Origin: an uncultured Candidatus Saccharibacteria bacterium
GTDB taxonomy: Bacteria > Patescibacteriota > Doudnabacteria > UBA920
Assembly (NCBI GenBank): GCA_964474825.1
Contig: CAYYWQ010000001.1
Coordinates: 229,609-293,608, forward strand
Direction: 5' to 3'
DNA: 64,000 bases
The notes below the pieces were generated by a model that was not told where the DNA came from, searched no databases, and saw nothing but the letters and a program-made list of their open reading frames with translations. Positions 57,354 through 64,000 of the stretch are shown here, in pieces. Numbering within the stretch: the stretch's first letter is position 1; each line of letters starts with the position of its first letter. Made by a program: the position numbers and the translations under genes.

Positions 57354-58184
57354 ATGAATATTATTGACGGTAAGAAAATTGCCACCGAAGTTTTAAGCCA
57401 GTTAAAAACAGAAGTGAGCGCTCTTCCTTTCCAGCCGGTGTTTTGTGACGTACTAGTTGGCAATGACAAGGTTTCCGCCCAGTATGTGGCAATGAAGGCC
57501 AAGACCGCTGAAAAAATAGGGATAAAATTTAGGGCGGCCGTTTTTCCGGACAATGTCCCAAAACAGGAACTTATAGACGAAATAAAAAAAATCTGCCAAG
57601 AGCCGAATATGCGCGGACTTATTGTCCAGCTGCCTCTGCCTGCTAATTTGCCCAAACAGGAAATTTTAGACGCCATTAACCCTGACATAGACGTGGACTG
57701 CATGGGCAGCTTGAATTTGGATAATTTTTACAAAGGCCATATACGTTTTATTCCGCCGACAGCTGCGGCCATTATGGCAATTTTAGAAAATTTGAAAATA
57801 GATTTGCTCAGCAAGCAAATTTTAGTGGTGGGACAAGGGGAGCTCGTGGGCAGGCCGGTTACGTTTTTGCTAAAGCAAAAAGGCCTTTTGGTAAATATTG
57901 CGGACATAAATACAAAAAATACGGCTGAGCTTTTAAAACAGGCGGACGTAATAATTTCCGCTGCGGGCAAGGCTTATTTAATAACCGGAGAAAAAATTAA
58001 ACAGGGCGCAGTGGTGATAGACGCGGGAACTTCTGAATCCGGCGGAGGCATTGTGGGTGACGTAGATTTTAACTCTGTTTCCCAAGTGGCCTCGGCAATT
58101 TCGCCCGTGCCCGGCGGCGTTGGCCCAATGACAGTCGCAATGCTGTTAAATAACGTTGTTAAAGCGGCAAAAGAAAACAATTAA
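57354..58184 (+). CDS. folD: bifunctional methylenetetrahydrofolate dehydrogenase/cyclohydrolase
   Basis: MNIIDGKKIA start, Rossmann GxGxxVGRP (VVGQGELVGRPV), PVPGGVGPMTVAML. Confidence 0.9.
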   Translation: MNIIDGKKIATEVLSQLKTEVSALPFQPVFCDVLVGNDKVSAQYVAMKAKTAEKIGIKFRAAVFPDNVPKQELIDEIKKICQEPNMRGLIVQLPLPANLPKQEILDAINPDIDVDCMGSLNLDNFYKGHIRFIPPTAAAIMAILENLKIDLLSKQILVVGQGELVGRPVTFLLKQKGLLVNIADINTKNTAELLKQADVIISAAGKAYLITGEKIKQGAVVIDAGTSESGGGIVGDVDFNSVSQVASAISPVPGGVGPMTVAMLLNNVVKAAKENN

Positions 58185-58186
58185 AT

Positions 58187-59038
58187 ATGTCCAATTTTTT
58201 TATTTATTTAAACAACTTAGTTTACCGTTTGCTCAATGCCTGCGGATTGCGGCACCAAAACCGGCGCTGGGGAATTATTTATGACAGCGTAAACAAGCAG
58301 CCGCTTGACCCTGTTATTGTGAAATTAATAGACGCCCAAAGCGGCAAGGTCAGTCAAACTTGTGTTACTGACCTGGACGGACGTTATAATTTTTTGGCCT
58401 ACCCCGGGAAATTTAAAATTTTGGTAAAAAAAAGCAATTATGTTTTTCCTTCCATTATGTCAGCAGGGGAGAAGGACGAGATTTATAACAATCTTTATCA
58501 TGGAGAATTTTTTGAACTGCGCGGTAGCAGCGATGTTATTCCCTTCAATATTCCCATGGACCCGGAAGCAAAAGACTGGAACCAGGGAGCAAAAGAAAAA
58601 ATGGTGGACTTTCACCCTTATGCCGAAAACTTGCTCAATCGTTTTATTGCAGTATTATTTTGGTTTGTTTTAATTTTAGCCCTGCTTGCCTGGTATACCC
58701 AGCCTTCAACTTTAAGTTATGTGGTCTTGGGTTTTTATTTGTTTATATTTTTGTTGTTATTATTGCCGCGGCCGAGGTGGTGGGGGAGGGTAAGGTTTAA
58801 AAGCAGCGGGGCTCCGGCCAAAGGGTTGGTTTTAGAGTTGAGTTATTTTCAAATGCCCCAAGTTATTGTGGCCAGGGCAAATATTTATGAAGATGGTAAG
58901 TTTTTTTTACGAATAGATCCGGGTAAATATTTTATGCAAATAAAACGCTACTCAGAAACTAATGCTCCGGTTGTGGTGTACGAAAAAGCGGTCCGTGTTG
59001 GCTCTGAGCATGTTATTAACCGTAACTTTGCGATTTAA
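58187..59038 (+). CDS. hypothetical membrane protein with carboxypeptidase-regulatory-like beta domain
   Basis: VTDLDGRYNFLAYPGKFKILVKKSNY motif; central TM helices. Confidence 0.45.
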   Translation: MSNFFIYLNNLVYRLLNACGLRHQNRRWGIIYDSVNKQPLDPVIVKLIDAQSGKVSQTCVTDLDGRYNFLAYPGKFKILVKKSNYVFPSIMSAGEKDEIYNNLYHGEFFELRGSSDVIPFNIPMDPEAKDWNQGAKEKMVDFHPYAENLLNRFIAVLFWFVLILALLAWYTQPSTLSYVVLGFYLFIFLLLLLPRPRWWGRVRFKSSGAPAKGLVLELSYFQMPQVIVARANIYEDGKFFLRIDPGKYFMQIKRYSETNAPVVVYEKAVRVGSEHVINRNFAI

Positions 59039-59061
59039 AATTTTGTTGCTATAATCATTGC

Positions 59062-59454
59062 ATGACTGACAGAAAGAAAATTTTACTTGTTGAAGACGAC
59101 AAGTCTTTGCTAGACACCTTTAAGTCCAGCCTTTCCAGCCACTATCAAGTTTTTGAGGCTGAAGACGGGGAGCAGGCTGTGTCCCAATGCCTGGACCATA
59201 AGCCTGACTTAATTTTATTGGACTTACTGTTACCCAAGCTGGACGGTTTTAAAGTTTTGGAAAGAATCCGAAAGTATCCGGACGCTGTAATATCCCAAAC
59301 CCCGGTTATTATTTTAAGCAACCTTTTTAGTGAAAAAGATATTCTCCAGGCTAAGGGTTTAAAAATAGACGAGTATTTTGTTAAGGCCCACACCAAAACC
59401 GAAGAGGTTTTGTCCAGAATAAACAAGGTTTTTAGTGAGGCAAAACCTGCTTAA
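59062..59454 (+). CDS. stand-alone response-regulator receiver domain protein (CheY-like)
   Basis: ILLVEDD, phospho-acceptor LLDLLLPKLDG, conserved ...SNL...K. Confidence 0.75.
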   Translation: MTDRKKILLVEDDKSLLDTFKSSLSSHYQVFEAEDGEQAVSQCLDHKPDLILLDLLLPKLDGFKVLERIRKYPDAVISQTPVIILSNLFSEKDILQAKGLKIDEYFVKAHTKTEEVLSRINKVFSEAKPA

Positions 59455-59462
59455 ATGCTAAT

Positions 59463-59492
59463 TTGACAGTATTTTAATCGTTATGGTATAAT
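59463..59492 (+). promoter_or_regulatory. sigma70-type promoter (TTGACA-18-TGgTATAAT) upstream of secE
   Basis: ttgaca at 59463-59468, tataat at 59487-59492 with TG extension. Confidence 0.5.
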
Positions 59493-59536
59493 CTTAAACA
59501 CAAAGGCCTCCGGGCCTTTTAAAAAAGGGAAAAAAT

Positions 59537-59713
59537 ATGCTTCAATTTTTCGTAGAAGTAAAAAATGAATTAGCTAAAGTTGTCTGGCCTACCAGGTCGG
59601 AGACTGTGAAGTACACTGTGACAGTTATTGTGTTTAGTATTCTTATTGCGGGTATTTTAGGAGCTTTTGACTTCGGTCTCACCAAGTTAATAGGCGCAAT
59701 ACTGACTAAATAA
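59537..59713 (+). CDS. secE: preprotein translocase subunit SecE (58 aa, missed by ORF track)
   Basis: MLQFFVEVKNELAKVVWPTRSETVKYTVTVIVFSILIAGILGAFDFGL; KxELxKVxWP motif and single TM; AAGGGA RBS. Confidence 0.7.
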   Translation: MLQFFVEVKNELAKVVWPTRSETVKYTVTVIVFSILIAGILGAFDFGLTKLIGAILTK

Positions 59714-59715
59714 CA

Positions 59716-60264
59716 ATGCTGCCCACAGGACATGTTGCCGCGGGTTTTTTGACCGCCGAGGTACTTTTAAAAATTGCAAAACCGGATTTACCCACGGGCC
59801 AAATTCAGCAACTGCTTTGGTGGGGAGTATTTTTTGGCTTTGCCCCGGACTTAGATGTTTTCTACTTTTTTCTAAAGCATAAAACATTATTGGTTTCCCC
59901 CAGCAATGTAGGGGAAGACAATCACCGGAAATTTTGGAGCCACGCGCCATTTTACTGGTTAGTTGCCGGACTGTTAATTTTTCTTTTAAGTGGTTCTCTT
60001 TATTGGAAATATGTCGGCTTGCTTTTGTGGCTAGGTTCCTGGAGTCATTTCCTTCTGGACAGTATTGAATACGGTATTCCTTGGTTAAGCCCGTTTTCCC
60101 AAAAGCTATTTGCCTTAAAAAACCAGGGTATTAAACTCGTAATCTCGGAAAGCAATTTTTTCAGGCACTCCTTAGGTTTTTTAAAACTCTACAGCAAGCG
60201 CCTAAGTTTTTATTTAGAAGTATTAATAATTTTATCTGCAATTTTTGTCTTTTTAAAATACTAA
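59716..60264 (+). CDS. YdjM/DUF457-like membrane-bound metal-dependent hydrolase
   Basis: MLPTGHVAAG...PDLD...SHFLLD His/Asp pattern on 4-5 TM scaffold. Confidence 0.5.
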   Translation: MLPTGHVAAGFLTAEVLLKIAKPDLPTGQIQQLLWWGVFFGFAPDLDVFYFFLKHKTLLVSPSNVGEDNHRKFWSHAPFYWLVAGLLIFLLSGSLYWKYVGLLLWLGSWSHFLLDSIEYGIPWLSPFSQKLFALKNQGIKLVISESNFFRHSLGFLKLYSKRLSFYLEVLIILSAIFVFLKY

Positions 60265-60281
60265 TCACTACCAACTAATTT

Positions 60282-60827
60282 ATGGCCAGACAACAAGTTA
60301 CAGGCGAACGTCATTGGTACGTTTTGCACACATACAGCGGATACGAAGACAGCGTTGCGTTTAACTTAAAGCAAAGAATTGAGTCCATGAATATGCAGGA
60401 CACAATTTTTGACGCGCTCGTACCTAAAGAGAAAAAAATTAAGATTAAAGACGGCAAGAGAATTACGGTCGAAGAAAAAATCTTCCCAGGTTATGTTTTG
60501 GTAGATATGGTTGTAACAGATGACTCCTGGTATGTAGTGCGTAATACCCCTAATGTAACCGGTTTCGTCGGTAGTGGTACTATTCCTTCTCCGATTGATG
60601 AAGAAGAATTGGCCTACTTAAAAAAGCGCATGGGCGCTGACGAACCCAAGTTTAAAGTGGAATTTGCTATTGGTGATTTGGTTAAGATTAACGACGGTCC
60701 GTTTAAAGATTACGAAGGCAAAGTCGGTAATTTGGACGAGCAACACGGCAAAGTTAAAGTCATGGTTACCATTTTCGGCCGCGAAACCCCAGTTGAGTTA
60801 GATTTTTTGCAAGTAAAGAAAATTTAA
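60282..60827 (+). CDS. nusG: transcription termination/antitermination factor NusG
   Basis: NGN domain HWYVLHTYSGYE, KOW FAIGDLVKINDGPFKDYEGKV. Confidence 0.9.
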   Translation: MARQQVTGERHWYVLHTYSGYEDSVAFNLKQRIESMNMQDTIFDALVPKEKKIKIKDGKRITVEEKIFPGYVLVDMVVTDDSWYVVRNTPNVTGFVGSGTIPSPIDEEELAYLKKRMGADEPKFKVEFAIGDLVKINDGPFKDYEGKVGNLDEQHGKVKVMVTIFGRETPVELDFLQVKKI

Positions 60828-60828
60828 A

Positions 60829-61071
60829 ATGTTTAAAAAGATAGGGCTACTTTGTTTGGTATTAATAGGGGCCGTAATAGTCGCAGGTTTGGCAAGTAGT
60901 TCCGCTAAACCTTGTGAGCCCGGTCTAGGATCCTGGTGTAATAATAATCAGGCCAACGTGTGGTTAGTATTATATTTTGTGGTTACTGGAATATTATATG
61001 CCGTGTGGTTGTGGAGACAGAGAGTAAAGGGCTCGAATGGGAAAGATGAAAATCAAGATAAATTGAAATAA
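60829..61071 (+). CDS. hypothetical small two-TM membrane protein between nusG and rplK
   Basis: 80 aa, two hydrophobic helices, Cys pair. Confidence 0.4.
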   Translation: MFKKIGLLCLVLIGAVIVAGLASSSAKPCEPGLGSWCNNNQANVWLVLYFVVTGILYAVWLWRQRVKGSNGKDENQDKLK

Positions 61072-61161
61072 TTTTGTTCCTAATTCATACTTCGCGCTTC
61101 TCGAATTATGAGTTTAGAATGAAAACCTAATCACTAACAACTAATCACTACTTACTAATTT

Positions 61162-61587
61162 ATGGCTAAGAAAGTAAAAGTTCAGCTTAAGCTGCAGTTG
61201 CCGGCCGGTAAGGCCACTCCTGCGCCTCCCGTTGGAACCGCGCTCGGTCCCCACGGTATTAACCTTGGCGCGTTCGTTAAAGAATTTAACGACAAAACCG
61301 CCGCCATGGGCGACACCGTTGTCCCTATAGTAATGACCATCTTTGAAGACAGGTCATTTAGTTTTATTTTAAAAACTCCTCCTGCTTCAAACCTAATAAT
61401 GAAAGCCATTGGCTTGGCTAAAGGATCGGCGAATCCTCTTACGACAAAGGTCGGCAAGATTTCCGCCAAACAAATTAAGGAAATCGCGGAAAAGAAAATG
61501 GTGGACTTAAATGCTAACGATTTGGCCGCGGCGGAAAAAACAATCCGTGGTACGGCAAGAAGCATGGGTGTTGAAGTAATTGATTAA
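61162..61587 (+). CDS. rplK: 50S ribosomal protein L11
   Basis: [34 protein letters not shown] canonical L11. Confidence 0.95.
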   Translation: MAKKVKVQLKLQLPAGKATPAPPVGTALGPHGINLGAFVKEFNDKTAAMGDTVVPIVMTIFEDRSFSFILKTPPASNLIMKAIGLAKGSANPLTTKVGKISAKQIKEIAEKKMVDLNANDLAAAEKTIRGTARSMGVEVID

Positions 61588-61604
61588 TCCTTTAAATTAA
61601 ATTT

Positions 61605-62369
61605 ATGGATATCTTACTTTGGTTGGTTCTTATTGCTTTTATTTTTATAGTTCTACCTGGTTTTCGTGTAGTCCAGCAATACGAAAAAGGCGCGGTATTT
61701 TTCTTTGGGAAAATTACTGCCATTAAAGACCCTGGGTTGTGCTGGATAATCCCGTATTTTTCCTGGATGCGCAAAGTGGATTTGCGTACCATTACAATGC
61801 CAATCCCGCCGCAGAGGATTATTACTAAAGATAACGTCTCTGTTGATGTTTCCGCGGTAGCCTATTATAAAGTTGTGGACGTTACCAAAAGCATTGTTGC
61901 CATTGAAAACGTTATGTCAGCCATAAACCAGCTTTCGCAAACAACAATGCGTAACATTGTGGGCAAGTTCCAGCTAGACGAAATCCTTTCTGAGCGCGAC
62001 ACTATTAACGCTGAAATCCGCACAGTACTTGACCAGCGGACAGAAGAGTGGGGTGTAATTGTTTCCGCAGTTGAAATTAAAGACATTGAACTGCCGGAAA
62101 ATATGCAGCGCGCCATGGCTAAGCAGGCCGAGGCAGAACGCGAAAAGCGCGCCAAAATTATTGCGGCTGAAGGTGAATTCCTTTCCGCCCAAAAATTGGC
62201 CGACGCCGCCGACGTTATTGAGCAGCATCCAATTGCGCTTCAGCTCCGTAACTTACAGACAATGGCCGAAATTGCCGTTGAGAAAAATTCAACCATCATC
62301 TTCCCGGCGCAGTTTATGGGCACGTTAACTGACATTAAGAAATTTATTGCTGACGAGAAAGTTAAATAA
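61605..62369 (+). CDS. SPFH/band-7 (stomatin/prohibitin-like) membrane protein inserted between rplK and rplA
   Basis: N-terminal TM, SPFH core YFFGKITAIKDPGLCWIIPYF...RDTINAEIR, coiled-coil AEAEREKRAKIIAAEGE. Confidence 0.8.
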   Translation: MDILLWLVLIAFIFIVLPGFRVVQQYEKGAVFFFGKITAIKDPGLCWIIPYFSWMRKVDLRTITMPIPPQRIITKDNVSVDVSAVAYYKVVDVTKSIVAIENVMSAINQLSQTTMRNIVGKFQLDEILSERDTINAEIRTVLDQRTEEWGVIVSAVEIKDIELPENMQRAMAKQAEAEREKRAKIIAAEGEFLSAQKLADAADVIEQHPIALQLRNLQTMAEIAVEKNSTIIFPAQFMGTLTDIKKFIADEKVK

Positions 62370-62429
62370 TATTATTTATTAATTTGTGGGAGATCTAATA
62401 GATCGCTTACCACGAAAGGAACAAAGCAT

Positions 62430-63113
62430 ATGCCAAAAATGGCAAAGAGAGTTAAAGCCAACCATGAGTTGGTGGACGTAAACAAAGTTTACAGTCCGGA
62501 AGAAGCTATTGAGTTAGCTAAAAAGACCGCCAATACCAAATTTGTCGGCTCTATTGAAGTGCACATTAAAACCATGATAGACGCCAAAAAGACTGACCAG
62601 GCCGTCCGTGGTTTGGTTAGCTTGCCTCATGGTACCGGCAAAACCAAGAAGGTTGTGGCTTTCGTTAGCGAAGCTAAGGAAAAGGAAGCCAAGGAAGCCG
62701 GCGCTTTTATGGTTGGCGGCGAAGACTTAATTAAAAAGATTAAAGAGTCGGAAAAGACAGATTTTGACATTGCTGTTGCAGAACCCTCTCTAATGCCAAA
62801 ATTGGCCCAAATTGCGAAGATTATGGGTCCTAGGGGCCTTATGCCTAACCCTAAAACCGGAACTGTTTCCACGGATATTGGCAAGATTATCCGTGAAATA
62901 GCCGGCGGTAAGGTAGACTATAAGAATGACGACAGTGGTAACATTCACCAAATTATTGGCAAGAGCAATTTTGATTCCGCCAAGCTTTTGGAAAACTTTA
63001 AAGCTTTGGTCGACAGCATCCGCGCTGCCAAGCCCGCCGCAGTAAAAAGCCAATATTTGTCCACGGTGACCATTAACGCCACCATGGGACCCGGAATAAG
63101 AGTTAAGTTATAA
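62430..63113 (+). CDS. rplA: 50S ribosomal protein L1
   Basis: KFVGSIEVHIKTMIDAKKTDQAVRGLVSLPHGTGK canonical L1. Confidence 0.95.
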   Translation: MPKMAKRVKANHELVDVNKVYSPEEAIELAKKTANTKFVGSIEVHIKTMIDAKKTDQAVRGLVSLPHGTGKTKKVVAFVSEAKEKEAKEAGAFMVGGEDLIKKIKESEKTDFDIAVAEPSLMPKLAQIAKIMGPRGLMPNPKTGTVSTDIGKIIREIAGGKVDYKNDDSGNIHQIIGKSNFDSAKLLENFKALVDSIRAAKPAAVKSQYLSTVTINATMGPGIRVKL

Positions 63114-63148
63114 GGTTCTTAAAGTTTATAAAGTTATAAAGTAGACAG

Positions 63149-63176
63149 CCCCGATTTACCTCGGGGTTGTTTTTTG
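63149..63176 (+). terminator. rho-independent terminator after rplA
   Basis: ccccgatttacctcgggg hairpin + ttgttttttg. Confidence 0.55.
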
Positions 63177-63240
63177 ATATAGTTACAGAGACTACGGTTT
63201 ACTTTATAAACTTTATAACCTTCAACTTTACAACTTTTCC

Positions 63241-63666
63241 ATGTATGACGATTTAGGTAAAAAGATTTTGGTAATAGAAGACGATGTTGACTTTCGTAAA
63301 TCACTCTACGATCTGCTCGGCCACGAGTTTACTTTTATTGCGGCCGACGACGGCGAACAGGGGATAGAGCGCCTGCTAGTCCACCGTCCGGACTTAATAA
63401 TTTTAGATTTGCTCCTTCCTCGCATGGACGGTTTCGAGGTGCTAAAAAGAATTCGCGAGTATCCGGACGAAAAAATTAAAAATACCCCGGTAATTGTATT
63501 AAGCAACCTTTCTGACAACGAGGATTTTGTTAAAGCTCAAAACTGGAAAGTGGAAGCTTACTTTGTTAAGGCTCATACCACATTGGCTGACGTAAAAACC
63601 AAAGCAAAGGAAGTTATTTATAAAGGTAAGGGTGGTCCCAAAGTTGAAATTATGGATTTTAGGTAA
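63241..63666 (+). CDS. second stand-alone receiver-domain protein (paralog of 59062-59454)
   Basis: ILVIEDD, LLDLLLPRMDG, ~55-60% identity by eye to first receiver. Confidence 0.75.
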   Translation: MYDDLGKKILVIEDDVDFRKSLYDLLGHEFTFIAADDGEQGIERLLVHRPDLIILDLLLPRMDGFEVLKRIREYPDEKIKNTPVIVLSNLSDNEDFVKAQNWKVEAYFVKAHTTLADVKTKAKEVIYKGKGGPKVEIMDFR

Positions 63667-63696
63667 AGGGAAAGTTAGTTATAAAGTTATAAAGTA

Positions 63697-63769
63697 CAGC
63701 GGCCGCATAAGCGGCCGCTGTTTAAATTTAAAAGAGAAAAGCCGGCGTCGTTGGTTGCGACGCCGGCTG
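63697..63769. terminator. back-to-back terminators: + strand hairpin (63697-63720, cagcggccgc-ataa-gcggccgctg) and - strand hairpin (63741-63769) for convergent gene
   Basis: two GC-rich perfect hairpins each followed by T-run on their respective strand. Confidence 0.5.
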
Positions 63770-63795
63770 TAGAGTAACTGGCCCAAGAGGTTGCC

Positions 63796-64000
63796 TTAGG
63801 CAGTTTGTAGGAAAGTGCGCTCGCTGTTGCTCGCGTAACCGACTACCAGCCAGGTATTTTGATCATCTCGCTTTTGTTGAGTGAGGATCGTAACCCTGAC
63901 AAGGGCCTGGTCTTTGTTTTCGGGATCCATCACTGCGATGGTGTCGCCGTTGGAGAATAGTTCCGCTGACGAGGTCTGGATTACCCCATAGCCGGATGCC
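63796..64000 (-). CDS. 3' end of unidentified minus-strand gene (higher GC), continues beyond window
   Basis: open frame ...GVIQTSSAELFSNGDTIAVMDPENKDQALVRVTILTQQKRDDQNTWLVVGYASNSERTFLQTA* ending TAA at 63796-63798. Confidence 0.3.
   Translation of the reverse strand, partial: ASGYGVIQTSSAELFSNGDTIAVMDPENKDQALVRVTILTQQKRDDQNTWLVVGYASNSERTFLQTA

Noticed and set aside
62370-62429. Possible L1 autoregulatory binding site in the rplA leader
   Set aside because: Could not confidently match the 23S-mimic GGGAG...stem motif by eye. Left unannotated.

Overview
This is a low-GC (~40%) bacterial window with many short intergenic regions, mostly on the + strand after 35 kb. Gene content and style suggest a Patescibacteria/CPR-like, small-genome organism; this is inference, not proof. 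The rsmA, radA, recG, clpC, htpX, secA, gatCAB, miaA, holB, frr, rseP, proS, mreBCD, mrdA, folD, secE, nusG, rplK and rplA calls rest on conserved motifs read directly from the translations. Three tRNAs (Arg-CCG, Ser-TGA, Ser-GCT) were found by folding minus-strand sequence by eye. The main accessory region is 2.4-20.9 kb. It is a run of signal-peptide or membrane proteins with no recognisable homology. Inside it sit a VirB6/TrbL-like polytopic giant protein, a VirB3-like two-TM protein, and a VirB4/TrbE-family ATPase that appears split into two in-frame ORFs by tandem TAA stops. A PaaX-like regulator bracketed by near-identical perfect palindromes precedes the cluster. This looks like a CPR-type T4SS-like envelope apparatus and is the best candidate for an undescribed system. 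A second striking pattern is several short, sharply bounded high-GC (50-63%) single-gene islands. They carry a DksA/TraR zinc-finger gene, a class-I xylose isomerase next to tRNA-Ser, a HisI-LOG fusion, a PEP-CTERM protein, a small ORF, and the 3' window edge. Other signals are a symmetric CTACAG operator array between clpC and recX, interruption of the secE-nusG-rplK-rplA cluster by accessory genes, duplicated orphan receiver genes with duplicated terminator modules, dispersed AGTAGTTAGTA hairpin repeats, and a 3x 14-bp tandem repeat between mreC and mreD. No CRISPR array, rRNA or obvious transposase was seen. All homology calls are from memory of family motifs and no searches were run.
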